A stretch of 64,000 nucleotides of DNA from an uncultured Verrucomicrobiae bacterium (lineage in GTDB: Bacteria > Verrucomicrobiota > Verrucomicrobiia > Chthoniobacterales > Chthoniobacteraceae). The first letter of the stretch is position 1, and every line of letters starts with the position of its first letter. The DNA is taken from assembly GCA_963769025.1 (NCBI GenBank), contig CAVYKI010000003.1:800001-864000 (forward strand), written 5' to 3'. Below are positions 11,041-24,137 of the stretch, piece after piece. The position numbers and the translations under genes are program-made. Below the pieces are notes generated by a model. It had not been told where the DNA came from, did not search any database, and worked only from the letters and a program-made list of their open reading frames with translations.

Positions 11041-11051
11041 AGGGCGCTCCG

Positions 11052-12485
11052 CTACGCCATCGCCTTCACCAGATCGCCGAGGATTTCCACGGCGCGTCCC
11101 AGTTTTTCGGACCACGCATGGCCGCAGTTCAGCCGGATGAAATTCGGAAAGCCCTGCCGGACAGAAAACATCGGACCCGGCGCGATGCTGATCTTCTCCG
11201 CCAGCGCGCGCTCGTGAAGCCGCAGCGCGCAAACACCCTTCGGCAGCCGGGCCCAGAGCACGAATCCGCCGCGTGGTCGCGTGAGCCTGACACCCTCAGG
11301 AAATGCCGCCACGACCGCCGCACTCATCCGTTCAATCTGATCGGCGAAATGGCGGCGCAACGCACGCAAGTGGTGATCGTAGCCGCCGTTCGCAAGGAAC
11401 TCCGCGATCGCGAGCTGCGGCAGCGTCGCCGTGGCCAGCGTGCTCGTCAGCTTGAGCGCTTTCACCTTTTCAAAATACCGGCCCGGAGCGACCCAGCCCA
11501 CGCGGTAGCCCGGTGCGAGCGTCTTGGAAAACGAACTGCACAGCAGCACACGCCCGGCGCGGTCGTATGATTGCGCGGTGCGCGGACGCGAGCCGTCGTG
11601 AGCAAGATCGCCGTTGATGTCGTCCTCGATCAGCGGCACGTCGCGGCGTGCGAGGATTTTCACCAGCCGCTGTTTGGCTGCGTCCGGCATGAGCGAGCCG
11701 AGCGGGTTGTTGAAATTCGGCGAGGCAAGGCACGCGGCGATGCGGTGCTTTGCCAGCGCACGCTCGAGCGCGTCGAGGTCCATGCCGTCGCGCGGATGCA
11801 TCGGGATTTCGAGCGCCTTCAGCTTCAGCTCCTCGATAATCTGGAGCACGCCAAAGTAGGCCGGCGACTCCAAGGCCACCATGTCGCCAGGCTTCGTCAC
11901 GGCGCGCAGGGACAGCGCCAGCGCCTCCGTGCCGCCGCAGGTCGTGATGATTTCCTCCGGCGAAAGATTCCCGCCCCAGTCCAGCGACCGCTTCGCGATC
12001 TGCCGGCGCAGCGCCTCCGATCCCGGCGGCATCTCGTAGGCCAGGCCGCGCGCACCCGCGCTGCGCGCCACCGCCGCCATGATGCGGCCCAGCTTTGCCA
12101 CCGGCAGCACCTCCGCCCCCGGATACCCCGCGCCCAGCGGCACCACATCCGGCATCCTCACCGCATCGAAAACCCGCGCCTGTAAACTGCCCACCGCGAC
12201 CGTCGCCGCAGCATGCGCGGGCCGCGAAACGCCCGGCTCCAGCGCCCGCTTCCTCCATTGCGTGCGCACAAAAAACCCCGACCTCGGCCGCGCCTCGATC
12301 CACCCGCGATCTTCGAGCGAAAGATACGCCTGTGCCGCCGTCGTCACGCTCACACCATGCTGCGCCGCTGCACGCCGCACCGACGGGATACGCTCCCCCG
12401 GCCGCAGTGCGCCCGTGCGGATGAGCTTCTCGATCTTCGCGGCGATCTGCTCGTAAAGCGCCGGTGAGCCTGCGGGCGGAATCAT
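11052..12485 (-). CDS. GntR/MocR family regulator (wHTH plus PLP aminotransferase domain)
   Basis: [43 protein letters not shown] lysine motif. Confidence 0.93.
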   Translation of the reverse strand: MIPPAGSPALYEQIAAKIEKLIRTGALRPGERIPSVRRAAAQHGVSVTTAAQAYLSLEDRGWIEARPRSGFFVRTQWRKRALEPGVSRPAHAAATVAVGSLQARVFDAVRMPDVVPLGAGYPGAEVLPVAKLGRIMAAVARSAGARGLAYEMPPGSEALRRQIAKRSLDWGGNLSPEEIITTCGGTEALALSLRAVTKPGDMVALESPAYFGVLQIIEELKLKALEIPMHPRDGMDLDALERALAKHRIAACLASPNFNNPLGSLMPDAAKQRLVKILARRDVPLIEDDINGDLAHDGSRPRTAQSYDRAGRVLLCSSFSKTLAPGYRVGWVAPGRYFEKVKALKLTSTLATATLPQLAIAEFLANGGYDHHLRALRRHFADQIERMSAAVVAAFPEGVRLTRPRGGFVLWARLPKGVCALRLHERALAEKISIAPGPMFSVRQGFPNFIRLNCGHAWSEKLGRAVEILGDLVKAMA

Positions 12486-12590
12486 CGTCGCAGTCTAGCC
12501 ACATCTGCGAAAGACCACAGCTTTACCTTTGCCGCGCGCCATGTAGCTTGCGCGCCCTTTTCACCACCGCAACACAGGCTCCCACGCGCC

Positions 12591-15500
12591 ATGCTCACCA
12601 GCGCCCAGATCCGCCAGCAGTTCCTCGATTTCTTCCGCGAGAAACAGCACACCATCGTGCCGAGCTCGTCGCTCATGCCCGACTCGCCGAACCTGCTCTT
12701 CACCAACGCCGGCATGAACCAGTTCGTCCCCATCTTCCTCGGCGAGCGCACGGCGGATGTGAGCAAGTGGGGCGGCGCCATCCCCGGCAGCGACACGCGC
12801 GCGGCGGACACGCAGAAGTGCATCCGCGCCGGCGGCAAGCACAACGACCTCGATGACGTCGGCCTCGACACGTATCACCACACGTTCTTCGAGATGCTCG
12901 GGAACTGGAGCTTCGGCGATTACTTCAAAAAGGAAGCCATCGCGTGGGCGTGGGAACTGATCGTCGAGCGGTTCAAATTTCCGCCGAACCGCGTCTACGC
13001 GACCATCTATCAGCCCGATCCGGGCGACCCGGCCGAGCGCGATCAGGAGGCTTGGGATCTGTGGGCGGAGAAATTCCGCAGCGTCGGCCTCGACCCCGCC
13101 GTCCACATCGTCAACGGCAACAAGAAGGACAACTTCTGGATGATGGGCGAGACCGGCCCGTGCGGCCCGTGCAGCGAGATCCACATCGACCTCACCCCCG
13201 CCGGCGACACCACGCGGCGCGCTGGTCAACAAAGGCACCGCCGAGTGCATCGAGATCTGGAACAACGTCTTCATCCAGTTCAACGCGAACCCCGACGGCA
13301 CCTTCACGCCGCTCCCCGCGCAGCACGTCGATACCGGCATGGGCTTCGAGCGCCTCACCTCGATCATCCAGGGCACGAAGAATTTCACCGACTTCGCCAA
13401 CGCGAAAATCTCCAACTACGAGACCGACATCTTCCGCCCGATCTTCGACGAGCTGGAGAAAATGAGCGGCCACCAATACGGCAGCACGCTCCCGCAGCCG
13501 AACGCCGCCGGGCCAGATCATCCCGACGAGCGAGCAGGAGAAAGTGGACGTCGCCTTCCGCGTCATCGCCGATCACATCCGCACGCTCAGCTTCGCCATC
13601 GCCGACGGCATCCAGCCCGGCAACACCGACCGCAACTACGTCCTGCGCCGCATCCTGCGCCGCGCCGTGCGCTACGGCCGCTCGCTCGGCTTCACGGAGC
13701 CGTTTTTCTACAAGCTCGTCGACGTCCTCGCCCGCACGATGGGCGACGTCTTCCCCGAAATCCGCGCGAAGCAGAAGCACGTGGAGGAAGTGCTGAAGCG
13801 GGAGGAGGAGGCGTTCAACAAGACGCTGGATCGGGGAATCGAGCTTTTCGAAGATGTGATCGAGCACGCATTGATCGGTGAAGTCAGTTGCAGATCGTCG
13901 ACCTGCTTTCGAGGTGAACTCCCCTCGATTGGAGGCGTAAAGACATGGCTCTCAGCCCGTTGGACGGTTGGATGACACTCCGAACGGGGTCTGCGAGACG
14001 CGAAGCTGAGTTCGCAGAACGACTGCGGACTTCGGGAGAAAGTTTCGTGGCGAGTTGCAGAACGGAACGCCGACGTTGCGGAAAGTCGCGAAGCATGGCT
14101 GACCAGAACGTTCGCGGCATCGCAAGTTGCTTCCGAGGTGCGATTCGACATTCCCGGTTCATTGCCTTCAAGCTCTACGACACCTACGGCTTCCCGCTCG
14201 ACCTCACCGAACTCATGGCCCGCGAGCGCGGCCTGACCGTGGACACGGCCGGTTTTGAAAAGCACATGGAAGAGCAGCGCGCCCGCGCCCGCGCCGCGCA
14301 GAAGAAGACCAGTCATCGAGCTTTCCGAAGTCGAGACGAAGAGCCCACGCACTTCCTCGGCTACGATCACGACCACACCGGCGCCGATGTGCAGGAAGTG
14401 CTTTCGGCTGAAGGACAAGCACCGCCGTCATCGCTCGAACAACTCCGTGTGCTACGCCGAGATGGGCGGGCAGGTCGGCGACACCGGCGAGATGACCCAC
14501 GGCGGCAATGTCCTGGCGCATCGCCAACACGCAGAAGAGCGGCCACACCTGGCTGCATTTCCTCGACGAAGCCGATGCGCCCGCCGTCGGCGAGCACGTC
14601 ACGCATCGAGCTCGACCGCGCGCGCCGCGGCGCCATCCAGCGGCACCACACCGTCACGCATCTGCTGCACTGGGCGCTGCACGAAGTCGTGAGCAAGGAG
14701 GCCACGCAGAAGGGCTCCTTCGTCGGGCCGGACAAGCTGACCTTCGACTTCAACAGCGCCGCGCTCACGCCCGCGCAGGTGCGCGACATCGAGCGGCTCG
14801 TGAACGAACGCATCGTCGAAAACGCCGCGCGTCTCGTGGATCGAAGTGCCTTACGCCGACGTGCGCGGGCGCGCCGACATCATGCAGTTCTTCGGCGACA
14901 AATACGGCGAGACCGTGCGCGTCGTGCAGATCGGCGGCACCGCCGCGTGCGCTCGACGGCTACTCCATGGAACTCTGCGCCGGCACCCACACGCGCGCGA
15001 CCGGCGAGATCGGCCTCTTCCGGATCGCGAGCGAAGCCGCCATCGCCGCCGGCGTCCGCCGCATCGAAGCCGTCGGCCGGCCTCACACGCCTACGACCTC
15101 GCCACCGCCGACACGCAGCGCCTCCACGCGCTCGCCACGAAGCTCGGCACGCCGCTCGCCCGAACTCGAAAAGCGAATCGAAGGCATGCTCGCGCAGCAG
15201 AAGGAACTCGAGAAGGCGCTCAAGTCCGCCCAGCCAGCGCGAAGCCGCCGGCCGCGCGAAGGATCTGCTCGCCAACGCGCAGACGATCAACGGCACCCCC
15301 GCGATCATCGCCAATCTCGGCGGACGCCGACGGCGACACGCTGCAGACCGTCGCCGACGCGCTGAAGTCGCACGGCTTCCACGGCGTCATCGTCCTCGGC
15401 GGCAGCGCGAACGGCGCCGTCGCGCTCGTCGCGAGCGTCGCCACGGACTTCACCGCGAAAGTGCAGGCCGGGAAAATCATCCAGCACCATCGCCCCGCTC

Positions 15501-15605
15501 GTCGGCGGCAAAGGCGGCGGCAAACCCGACAACGCCCGCGGCGGCGGCAAGGACCCGAGCAAGCTCGACGAGGCGCTTGCACAAGCGGTGACGATGCTAG
15601 GGTGA
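12591..15605 (+). CDS. alaS: Alanine--tRNA ligase (many apparent frameshifts and a ~300 bp internal insert)
   Basis: [77 protein letters not shown]. Confidence 0.95.
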
Positions 15606-15651
15606 TTCAGGGTTCGCCAGCCACTCCGTTTCATCGCGATCTGTTTCTTTC

Positions 15652-16104
15652 ATGCGACACGTCATCGCTCTCGTCGGATTTCTCCTCCTGACCTTTCTCG
15701 CGCCCGTCGTCGGGTTGCTGGGGAAGCCGGACGCATGGTTTGCGAATCTCGCGAAGCCGTCATGGAACCCTCCCGCCTGGGTCTTCGGGCCGGTGTGGAC
15801 CGTCCTTTACGTCACCATCGCAGTATCGGCGTGGGGCATGTGGAAACGTGCCGGCTGGCACCGCGCCCACGCTGCGTGGCTCGCGCAGCTCGTGCTCAAC
15901 GCCGCTTGGACTCCGGTCTTCTTCGGCCTGCACCGGCCCGGCCTGGCCGTTGTCGTCATCGTGGCGATGTGGTTAGGCATCGCGGGAACCATCGTCGCAT
16001 TCGCAAAAGTCGAACGATGGACCGCGTGGCTGCTCGCGCCGTATCTCGCGTGGGTCACATTCGCGACCGCGCTGAACATCGCCATCTGGCGGCTGAATCC
16101 GTGA
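15652..16104 (+). CDS. tspO: TspO/MBR tryptophan-rich sensory protein
   Basis: LAKPSWNPPAWVFGPVWTVLY, LNAAWTPVFFG, PYLAWVTFA. Confidence 0.93.
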   Translation: MRHVIALVGFLLLTFLAPVVGLLGKPDAWFANLAKPSWNPPAWVFGPVWTVLYVTIAVSAWGMWKRAGWHRAHAAWLAQLVLNAAWTPVFFGLHRPGLAVVVIVAMWLGIAGTIVAFAKVERWTAWLLAPYLAWVTFATALNIAIWRLNP

Positions 16105-16187
16105 CGCAACTGCGGAGCCGGGCAAGCGACGTTGCGATCTGCACTGGCGCCGCGACGGAAACCGCGCTAGCTACACGCCCCTTTCCA

Positions 16188-17225
16188 ATGACCCGAGTCT
16201 CCGATCTTCACGTAATCGCGAACACCGCGCTCCCTTCCCCGAAGGAAATGAGCGAGGGAATTCCGCGCAGCGATGCGCACGCGGCGTTCGTCTGCGACTC
16301 GCGCACGGCCATCGCGCGGACGATCTCCGGCGCGGACCCGCGCTTCCTGCTCATCGTCGGCCCGTGCTCGATCCACGATCTGAAAGGCGGGCACGAATAC
16401 GCCGAGCGGCTCGCGAAGCTGGCCGCCGAAGTGCGCGACCGCGTGCTGATCGTGATGCGCGTCTATTTTGAAAAACCGCGGACGACCGTCGGCTGGAAGG
16501 GGCTCATCATGGACCCGCACCTCGACGGCACGAACGACATCCCGGCCGGGCTGCGGATCGCACGGAAATTCCTGCGCGATGTGCTCGATCTCGGCCTGCC
16601 GACGGCGACCGAGATGCTCGACCCGATCACGCCGCAGTACATCGCCGACCTCACGTGCTGGACGGCCATCGGCGCGCGGACGACGGAAAGCCAGACGCAC
16701 CGCCAGATGGCGAGCGGACTCTCGATGCCGGTCGGCTTTAAGAACACGACAAGCGGCGCGGTGACTCCGGCGATCAACGCGATCAAGGCGGCGACGCAGC
16801 GCCAGACTTTCCTCGGGATCGACGAGCGCGGGCGGGCCAGTGTGGTCAGCACGACGGGGAATCCCGACTGCCACGTGATCCTGCGCGGCGGCGACGACTC
16901 GCCGAACTGCGACGCAGCATCCGTGAACAAGGCGCTGGCGGCACTCGCGAAGGCGGGACTGCCGGCAAACGTGATGGTGGACGCGAGCCACGCGAATTGC
17001 GCGAAGGAATGCGAACGGATGCCGGCGACGTTCCGCGAGATCCTCGCGCAGCGCGCGGGCGGCGCGAAAGGGATCATCGGCGCGATGCTGGAGAGCAACC
17101 TCGTCGCTGGCGCGCAGTCGCTCGGCAAGGATCGCAGCGCGCTCACCTACGGGCAGTCGATCACCGACCAGTGCATCGACTGGGCGACGACCGAGAAGCT
17201 CGTGTTCGAAGCGGCGGCGCTCTGA
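16188..17225 (+). CDS. 3-deoxy-7-phosphoheptulonate (DAHP) synthase, class I
   Basis: GPCSIHD, RVYFEKPRTTVGWKG, IGARTTESQTHR, DASHAN, YGQSITDQC. Confidence 0.95.
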   Translation: MTRVSDLHVIANTALPSPKEMSEGIPRSDAHAAFVCDSRTAIARTISGADPRFLLIVGPCSIHDLKGGHEYAERLAKLAAEVRDRVLIVMRVYFEKPRTTVGWKGLIMDPHLDGTNDIPAGLRIARKFLRDVLDLGLPTATEMLDPITPQYIADLTCWTAIGARTTESQTHRQMASGLSMPVGFKNTTSGAVTPAINAIKAATQRQTFLGIDERGRASVVSTTGNPDCHVILRGGDDSPNCDAASVNKALAALAKAGLPANVMVDASHANCAKECERMPATFREILAQRAGGAKGIIGAMLESNLVAGAQSLGKDRSALTYGQSITDQCIDWATTEKLVFEAAAL

Positions 17226-17341
17226 GCGAAGACAGCGCGGGCGGGGCCTGGAAAACCGCGGGCAGCGAGACGAAACGGGCGCCGAGCCGCCGGCGCAGAA
17301 GGCGGCAAAAGCCATGCAAAGGCCACGTGTCACTCCTGTGA

Positions 17342-17419
17342 TGAGATTGAGTCTTAAAAACATTTGACACCGAAAGCGACTGCGCTACACACGGCGCCTG
17401 CGACTGAGACTTAGTCGCA
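17342..17419 (+). promoter_or_regulatory. Sigma70-like promoter flanked by Fur-like 7-1-7 boxes
   Basis: TGAGATT-G-AGTCTTA (17342-17356); TTGACA (17364-17369); TGCGACTGAGACTTAGTCGCA (17399-17419). Confidence 0.55.
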
Positions 17420-17461
17420 TACAACACACAAAACCACGTAACACACACGCAAGTTCATCTC

Positions 17462-18226
17462 ATGCAACGTCCATCCACCCTCGCCTTCACTGCCATCGCC
17501 AGCCTTCTGCTCTCGATGACTCCAGGCACCGCTCACGCGGACAACCGGCCATTCACCTACACGTATGAAGCCACGACGGCTCCGAAAGGCTCGATCGAAT
17601 ACGAGCAGTGGGTGACTTGGAGAGCCCGCCGCGGCGCGCCGGGCGACATGAACCGGTTCGATTTCCGGCATGAGCTGGAATTCGGCATCACCGACCGGCT
17701 GCAACTCGGCCTCTACCTTTCAAACTGGCGCGTCGTCGAACAGCGCGGCACGACGACCACCATGTGGGACGGCGTCGCAGTGGAGGCGATCTACAACCTG
17801 ACGAACCCGACGACCGACTGGATCGGCTCCGCCCTCTACGGGGAGATCGTCGTCGGCGATGAGGTGTTCAAACTGGAAGGAAAGCTGATCTTTCAGAAGA
17901 ACTTCGGGAAACTGATTGCCGCCTACAACGCCACGCTCGAGGCGGAATGGGAAGGCTCGGGGCTGCGCCACGACAAGGGCGAGTTCAAGCAGTCCGCGGG
18001 CGTCAGCTATGAGCTGACCCCGAAATGGAGCGTGGGCGCGGAATTGCTGCACGAAGTGGAATTCGACCGCTGGGGCCCCGCGGGCGACCACGCGGCGTAC
18101 ATCGGGCCGAACGTGTCCTACCGCTTCAAGCGCGGCTTCGTCACCACGACGATGCTTTTCCAAGCCACCGGAATCCGGTCCGAAGCCGATGTCCAGACCC
18201 GCCTCATTTTCGGCATCCTCTTCTAG
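17462..18226 (+). CDS. Putative outer-membrane beta-barrel protein (DUF6662-like)
   Basis: Signal peptide ending AHA, alternating amphipathic strands, C-terminal Phe (IFGILF). Confidence 0.72.
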   Translation: MQRPSTLAFTAIASLLLSMTPGTAHADNRPFTYTYEATTAPKGSIEYEQWVTWRARRGAPGDMNRFDFRHELEFGITDRLQLGLYLSNWRVVEQRGTTTTMWDGVAVEAIYNLTNPTTDWIGSALYGEIVVGDEVFKLEGKLIFQKNFGKLIAAYNATLEAEWEGSGLRHDKGEFKQSAGVSYELTPKWSVGAELLHEVEFDRWGPAGDHAAYIGPNVSYRFKRGFVTTTMLFQATGIRSEADVQTRLIFGILF

Positions 18227-18239
18227 CCTCACCGTGCGG

Positions 18240-18536
18240 ATGCGGCGCGGCGGCGTGATGTTCCTCACGTCGCTCGCGCTCGCATCGTGCGTGAGCCTGG
18301 AGACCGCCGTGCCTCCCGTCGCGACGCTCGTGGCGCACGGCAGAAACACCGCCACGCTCGAAGCCGGCCGCCGCACTTATCTGGGCGTCTGCGCCGACTG
18401 CCATACGGCGCAACCGGTGCGCGACTTTTCCGCTTCGCAGTGGCCGGCGATCATCGCGGACATGTCCGAGCGCTCAAAGCTCTCGCCGGAGGAGCATCGC
18501 GCCGTGCTGGCCTACGTGCTCGCAGCGGCGAAATAG
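18240..18536 (+). CDS. Small monoheme cytochrome c lipoprotein
   Basis: Lipobox LAS-C, CADCH heme motif, distal Met candidate in WPAIIADM. Confidence 0.8.
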   Translation: MRRGGVMFLTSLALASCVSLETAVPPVATLVAHGRNTATLEAGRRTYLGVCADCHTAQPVRDFSASQWPAIIADMSERSKLSPEEHRAVLAYVLAAAK

Positions 18537-18621
18537 GACCGCGCGAGATTTCGCAACCCGCTCTCGACCTCGCGGGGTGGAGATGCTTTAACCCGCGCGC
18601 TTCAATTTCAAAGTACACACC

Positions 18622-19890
<1,269 letters not shown>

Positions 19891-19949
19891 CCCGGCGGGA
19901 TTCGTGTGAATTGACGCAGGGGAGTTTGCGTCCACCTTGCCGCATCCGC

Positions 19950-20804
19950 ATGAAACGGCTCCCCCTCCTCCTCGCCACGGCCCTGCTTCTGGCGACGGCC
20001 ACCGCCAGCGATCAAATCCGCGACGTGCAAGGCGTGCTGAAGGCGCAGGGATTCTATTACGGTGAAGTGACCGGCACGGAGAGCGCCGAGACCGGGAGCC
20101 GCGATCCGCCGCTTCCAGATCCGCAACGGCATTTCCGTCACCGGAAAGCTGAACGCCGAGACACTCACCGCGCTGGGCCTGGGACGGAAAAGGATCGCGA
20201 CGGCCGAGCCCGCTCCGACGACGCGCCCGCCGCCCAAGCCCGCGCAGCAACCCGCCCCGGTCGCCGTGGCGCAGAAGCAACTGAACCCTCCCCCGCCCGC
20301 GGAGCGGCGCATGCAGAAGGCTGCCGAGCCGGTCGTGCCGATGAAAAGGCCGCGCGAGCTTCCTCCCGAAGCCGAAGCGAAGGTCGCGGTGCAGAATCCG
20401 CCGCGACAGCGTGAGGACGAGCGACCTGTCCGTGATCGAGCCGCCGACTCCCGTTGCCGCCGGCGGTGTCCACGCCGTTCACGACGATGTTCCGCGACAC
20501 GCCGTATGCCGCTGCGCCGCGCGATGTCCAGATGAGCGTGATCCGTCGCGCACAGGCGATCATGGCGTCGCGGCGGTTCTATCGCGGCCCGATCGATGGC
20601 GTCGCAGGGCCGGCCACGAGCGAGGCGATATTTCTTTTCCAAGACGATGCCGATCTACGCCGCACGGGACGTCTCGACCTCGATACACTCGACGAGATGA
20701 ACCTGCTCCCGCAGGCGCCGCGCGCGAATCCGCTGCTGAAGCCCTTTTACAATCCCAACCGTCGCCGCGATTCCTCCGTGTCCGACGATTACCGGATCCG
20801 CTGA
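19950..20804 (+). CDS. Secreted protein with two peptidoglycan-binding (PG_binding_1-like) domains and a Pro-rich linker; frameshifted
   Basis: IRDVQGVLKAQGFYYG..AIRRFQIRNGISVTGKLNAETL and FYRGPIDGVAGPATSEAI..FQ..TGRLDLDTL. Confidence 0.8.
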
Positions 20805-20806
20805 GG

Positions 20807-21629
20807 TTATTTCGTTTCGGGAAAGCCGACGCTCTGCAGCTCGGCCCACACGCTGCCGACCTGGACGTCGGCGGAGATTTTCAACATCAGCCGGTCGCTG
20901 TCGTCGGAAATCCACGCGGTCGCCTTCTTGAATTTTTTGTGCGGCGTGAGGCGGTAGTCGTCCGCAATTCCACTGAGCTGCAGGTCGCATCGGATCGCGT
21001 TCCACTCGCGCCCAGCGACCGTCAGCCGTTCGCGCCCCGTGACCGTCGCCGTCGCCAGGTAGGGCGCGCCGCCGGGATACACGCAAAGCTTCACCGAATC
21101 GCCCTGCGCGAGCGCCTGGCTGCGGATGAAGAACACCGCGCTGTTCAGGTCATGCACATCCGGAAAAACGAAACGTCGCGGAGCGCGCTGGACGGCTTCC
21201 GGCGGAATCTGCGTCCGCGTCTGCACCGGCCCGTCCGCGAGGAAATCCACGGTGGTCGTCACCACTTTTTTTTTGTACGTCTCCGTCTGCGTCAGCTTCA
21301 CGGGGCGGAAGGTCACAGGGTCGAATGCCGCCGTGGCCTTCGCGTCCATCTTCCACATCGTCCGCGCGACGCCCGTGGTCTTCGCGGTGAAATCGAGCAC
21401 GCACAGCCCCTCGGGCGACATCGCCATGGCCACGATCCGCCTCCGCCGCGGTGATCCCGCTCCATCCAAACGCGTAGCGGAAAACCGCCGGGCGCATCTT
21501 CCCGAACGGCCCGGGCTTTTTCCAAATCTCGTCACGCCAGTCGGCCTTGGAAACGGACGCTGAAATGGCCGCGGCCACCGCAAGCGACGGAAGCGCGACG
21601 CCCGTTGCCCCGATGCGGCCCGGCGTCTT
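20807..21629 (-). CDS. DUF3108-like exported protein (frameshift near 21430; reads in frame from the batE-like gene)
   Basis: FRYAFGWSGITAAEA; DLNSAVFFIRSQAL; AWISDDSDRLMLKI. Confidence 0.65.
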
Positions 21630-22370
21630 TGAACGGGGCAGCAAAAACTCCACCGCATCCGCGGACACCCAACCGCGCTGACCGCCGGGCAGACGGCAAT
21701 ACACCCATGCGCCGTGCTCGCCAATCACGCGCAACTGGCTGCCGCCGCGCAGCACTTCGCCCGCCGCGGAATGCTCCGCGGGCTCGGGATGCACATTCGT
21801 CCGGTCGGCGACGACGATGGCCACTTGCCCGCGCTCGGCAGACATCCAGTATATCGCGCCGCCGTATCCCGCAGCGGCCGCCACGCCGAGCACCGACGCC
21901 CAAAATGCCGGGCCGGTCTTTTTCCTCCACATCTGCGATGCGGCGATGAGCATGAAAAGCCATGCACCGCCGAGCGCGAGCGCAGTCGCCGTTGTCGGCG
22001 AAAACCACGTGAGCGCCTTCTCCCACCACGCCTGCTCAAGCAGCCGCGCCCCGGCTTTTTCCCGTGTGAGACGGAGATTCGCCACGGCATCCGGCAGGCG
22101 CGGCCGCAGCACGAGCGCGCGTTCGTAGCTCAGCGCGGCCGGGCCGAGCTTGCCGAGCCGGTAGCACGTGTTGCCGAGATTATAGAGCGCGTTCGCGTGC
22201 AGCCCGCCCGCGAGCGAGCGCTCGTAGGCGCGCAATGCGGCGGCGAAGTCACCTTCCGCATACGCGCGGTTCGCCACGGCAAAATCGCCCTCGGGCCCGG
22301 CGAACGCGCGGGTGCAGAGCGACACCGCGATGAACAGGCAGAGCCATGGAATCCGTGCCAAGCCGCTCAT
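21630..22370 (-). CDS. BatE-like TPR + TM + SH3 protein
   Basis: ALYNLGNTCYRLGKLGPAALSYERAL..DAVANL; C-terminal WVYCRLPGGQRGWV; last position in the Bat operon. Confidence 0.8.
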
Positions 22371-24129
22371 TTCCTCGGGCTCTTTTCAAAGTCGGCGACC
22401 AGTGCCATCACCCGATCCCGCTCGATTGTCGCTGATGCGATCCGATTCCCCTCCTGCGCCGGCGTAGAGCAGCTCGGTGCGCTCCTCGAAAATTTCGCGC
22501 AGCGACTTCGCCGTCTCCGCGTCCAGCTTGCGCGAGCCGAGCAGCGCGTCCGCGTCATCGTCCGGCTGCACGCCGCCGTTCTCCAGTTGCACCTGCATCC
22601 GCATCGCCTTCACCGCCGCGTCCAGCACCTCGGCGCGTCCGGCCGCGCCCCTTGCCTGCGCGAGCAGCGCCGCCCGCTCTCGCCGCAGCGCCGCGATGCG
22701 CGCGAGGTTTTCATCGCTGCGGCGGCGGCGCCACACGAGGAACGCAAACGCAACCGGCACCGGCGCAAACATCACCGAAAAGAAAACCGCGGGCGAAAGC
22801 GACGGACCGAACGTCGCGCTCGCCGGACCGAGGTCCGGAAGGTTCGCCAGGATGTCCCGCTCCGCGGGCGCCTTCGGCTCCGCTTTCGGCGACTGCCGCG
22901 CGTGTCGTCTCGACGGATGCAGGCGCGACCGGCTTCAACGGCTCGCCCTCGACGGTGAGCGGCGCCGGCGCGCTCTTCAGCGTCACGTACTTTTCGCCCT
23001 CGGGATCAAAATAGCTGAACGCGAACACGGGCATCGTCGTTTTCTTCGCCGTCGGCGTCACCGGCAGTTCGAACGTCTTCACGCCCTCCGTCCCCCCGTT
23101 CTCGCTCCCTTGGAAGTTCTGCTTCGCGGAATACGTCGTCCATCCTTCCGGCTCCGCGAGCGGCGGCTGGCCGATGCGATCGAAATTCCCGCTCCCCGTG
23201 ATCGTCAACTTCATGCTCACCGGCTCGCCGATCTTCACGCGGTCCGGCGTGCCCGTCGCCGCAAACTCAAACTTCCCGATCGCGCCGGAAAATCCCTCCG
23301 GCCGTCCCTCGACCGGCAGCGGCTGCACCTGAATCTCGAGCACCGGTGCAGTCACGCTCATTTCCTGCGTCTGCCCGAAGCGCGGCGCGAAGAAATCGAG
23401 GCGCGACTGGTTGCGCCCCATTTTCGACACCGCAAGATTCACCGGCACGGGACCGATGCTCAGCTTCCCGGCCCTCGCGGGCGTCAGCACAGTGGAAAAT
23501 GACACGAGGATGTAGCGCTTTCCGGCCAGCTCCACCTCGCGCTGCGACGGCTTGCCGAGCGGCTGGATGCTGAACCCGTCACCATTGAGCGCCGGGCTGC
23601 TGCGCAAATCCCATCGCGCTTCCGTATTGAGATAAAGCCGGATTTCGAGCGGCGCCACTTCGCCGACATAGAGGTTCCGTTTCGGCAGCGAAATTTTTGC
23701 GAAGGCCAGATCGCCCGCCTCGTTCGCATTCTCACCGGGCGTCACCGTCAGCGTCGCTGGCAGCGTCTTCAGCACGTTCCCGCCCACGCGCACCTCGAGC
23801 GCCGGGATCGTGAACTTGCCCTCGCGCTTCGGGATGAGCGTGTAGGTGTAGGTGACCCTGCGCGACACGTTGCCGTTGATGAAGCTGAGCTGGCTGCTCT
23901 GGCTCGTGCCGCGAAGCTCGAGCCCGTCCACGGCGGGCGCAGGCGGACTGTCCGCCGCGGATTCGCCCTCGATGATCAGGTCATACTCCACCGCCTCGCC
24001 GACGCTCGCAGTGCTCGACGACAAAACTCCGCGCACCTTGGACTCCGCGAACGCCGCGCACAGCGGCAGCAGCATCGCGAGCAGCGTGGCGAGACCGATC
24101 CGGAGCCGGGGAAAAATGTGACGCGTCAT
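22367..24129 (-). CDS. BatD family protein (frameshifts near 22870 and 22480)
   Basis: SQLSFING..YTYTLIPKREGKFTIPAL; LYVGE; FSGAIGKF; ITGSGN; FSYFDP..Y. Confidence 0.85.
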
Positions 24130-24137
24130 CGTGCTGG

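Noticed and set aside
13853..14150. alaS insert as an intein or self-splicing intron
   Set aside because: No Cys/Ser...His-Asn ends and no group I/II core motifs recognisable; kept only as an unexplained insert
12591..15605. alaS (and cysI, batD, DUF58, sulfatase, PSD1, DUF1501) as pseudogenes
   Set aside because: Motifs and codon bias are intact, only small indels are seen, and alaS is essential; sequencing error is more parsimonious
17304..17319. Sigma54-like GG-N10-GC element (CGGCAAAAGCCATGCA)
   Set aside because: Weak match to TGGCAC-N5-TTGC, and a better sigma70-like TTGACA lies just downstream
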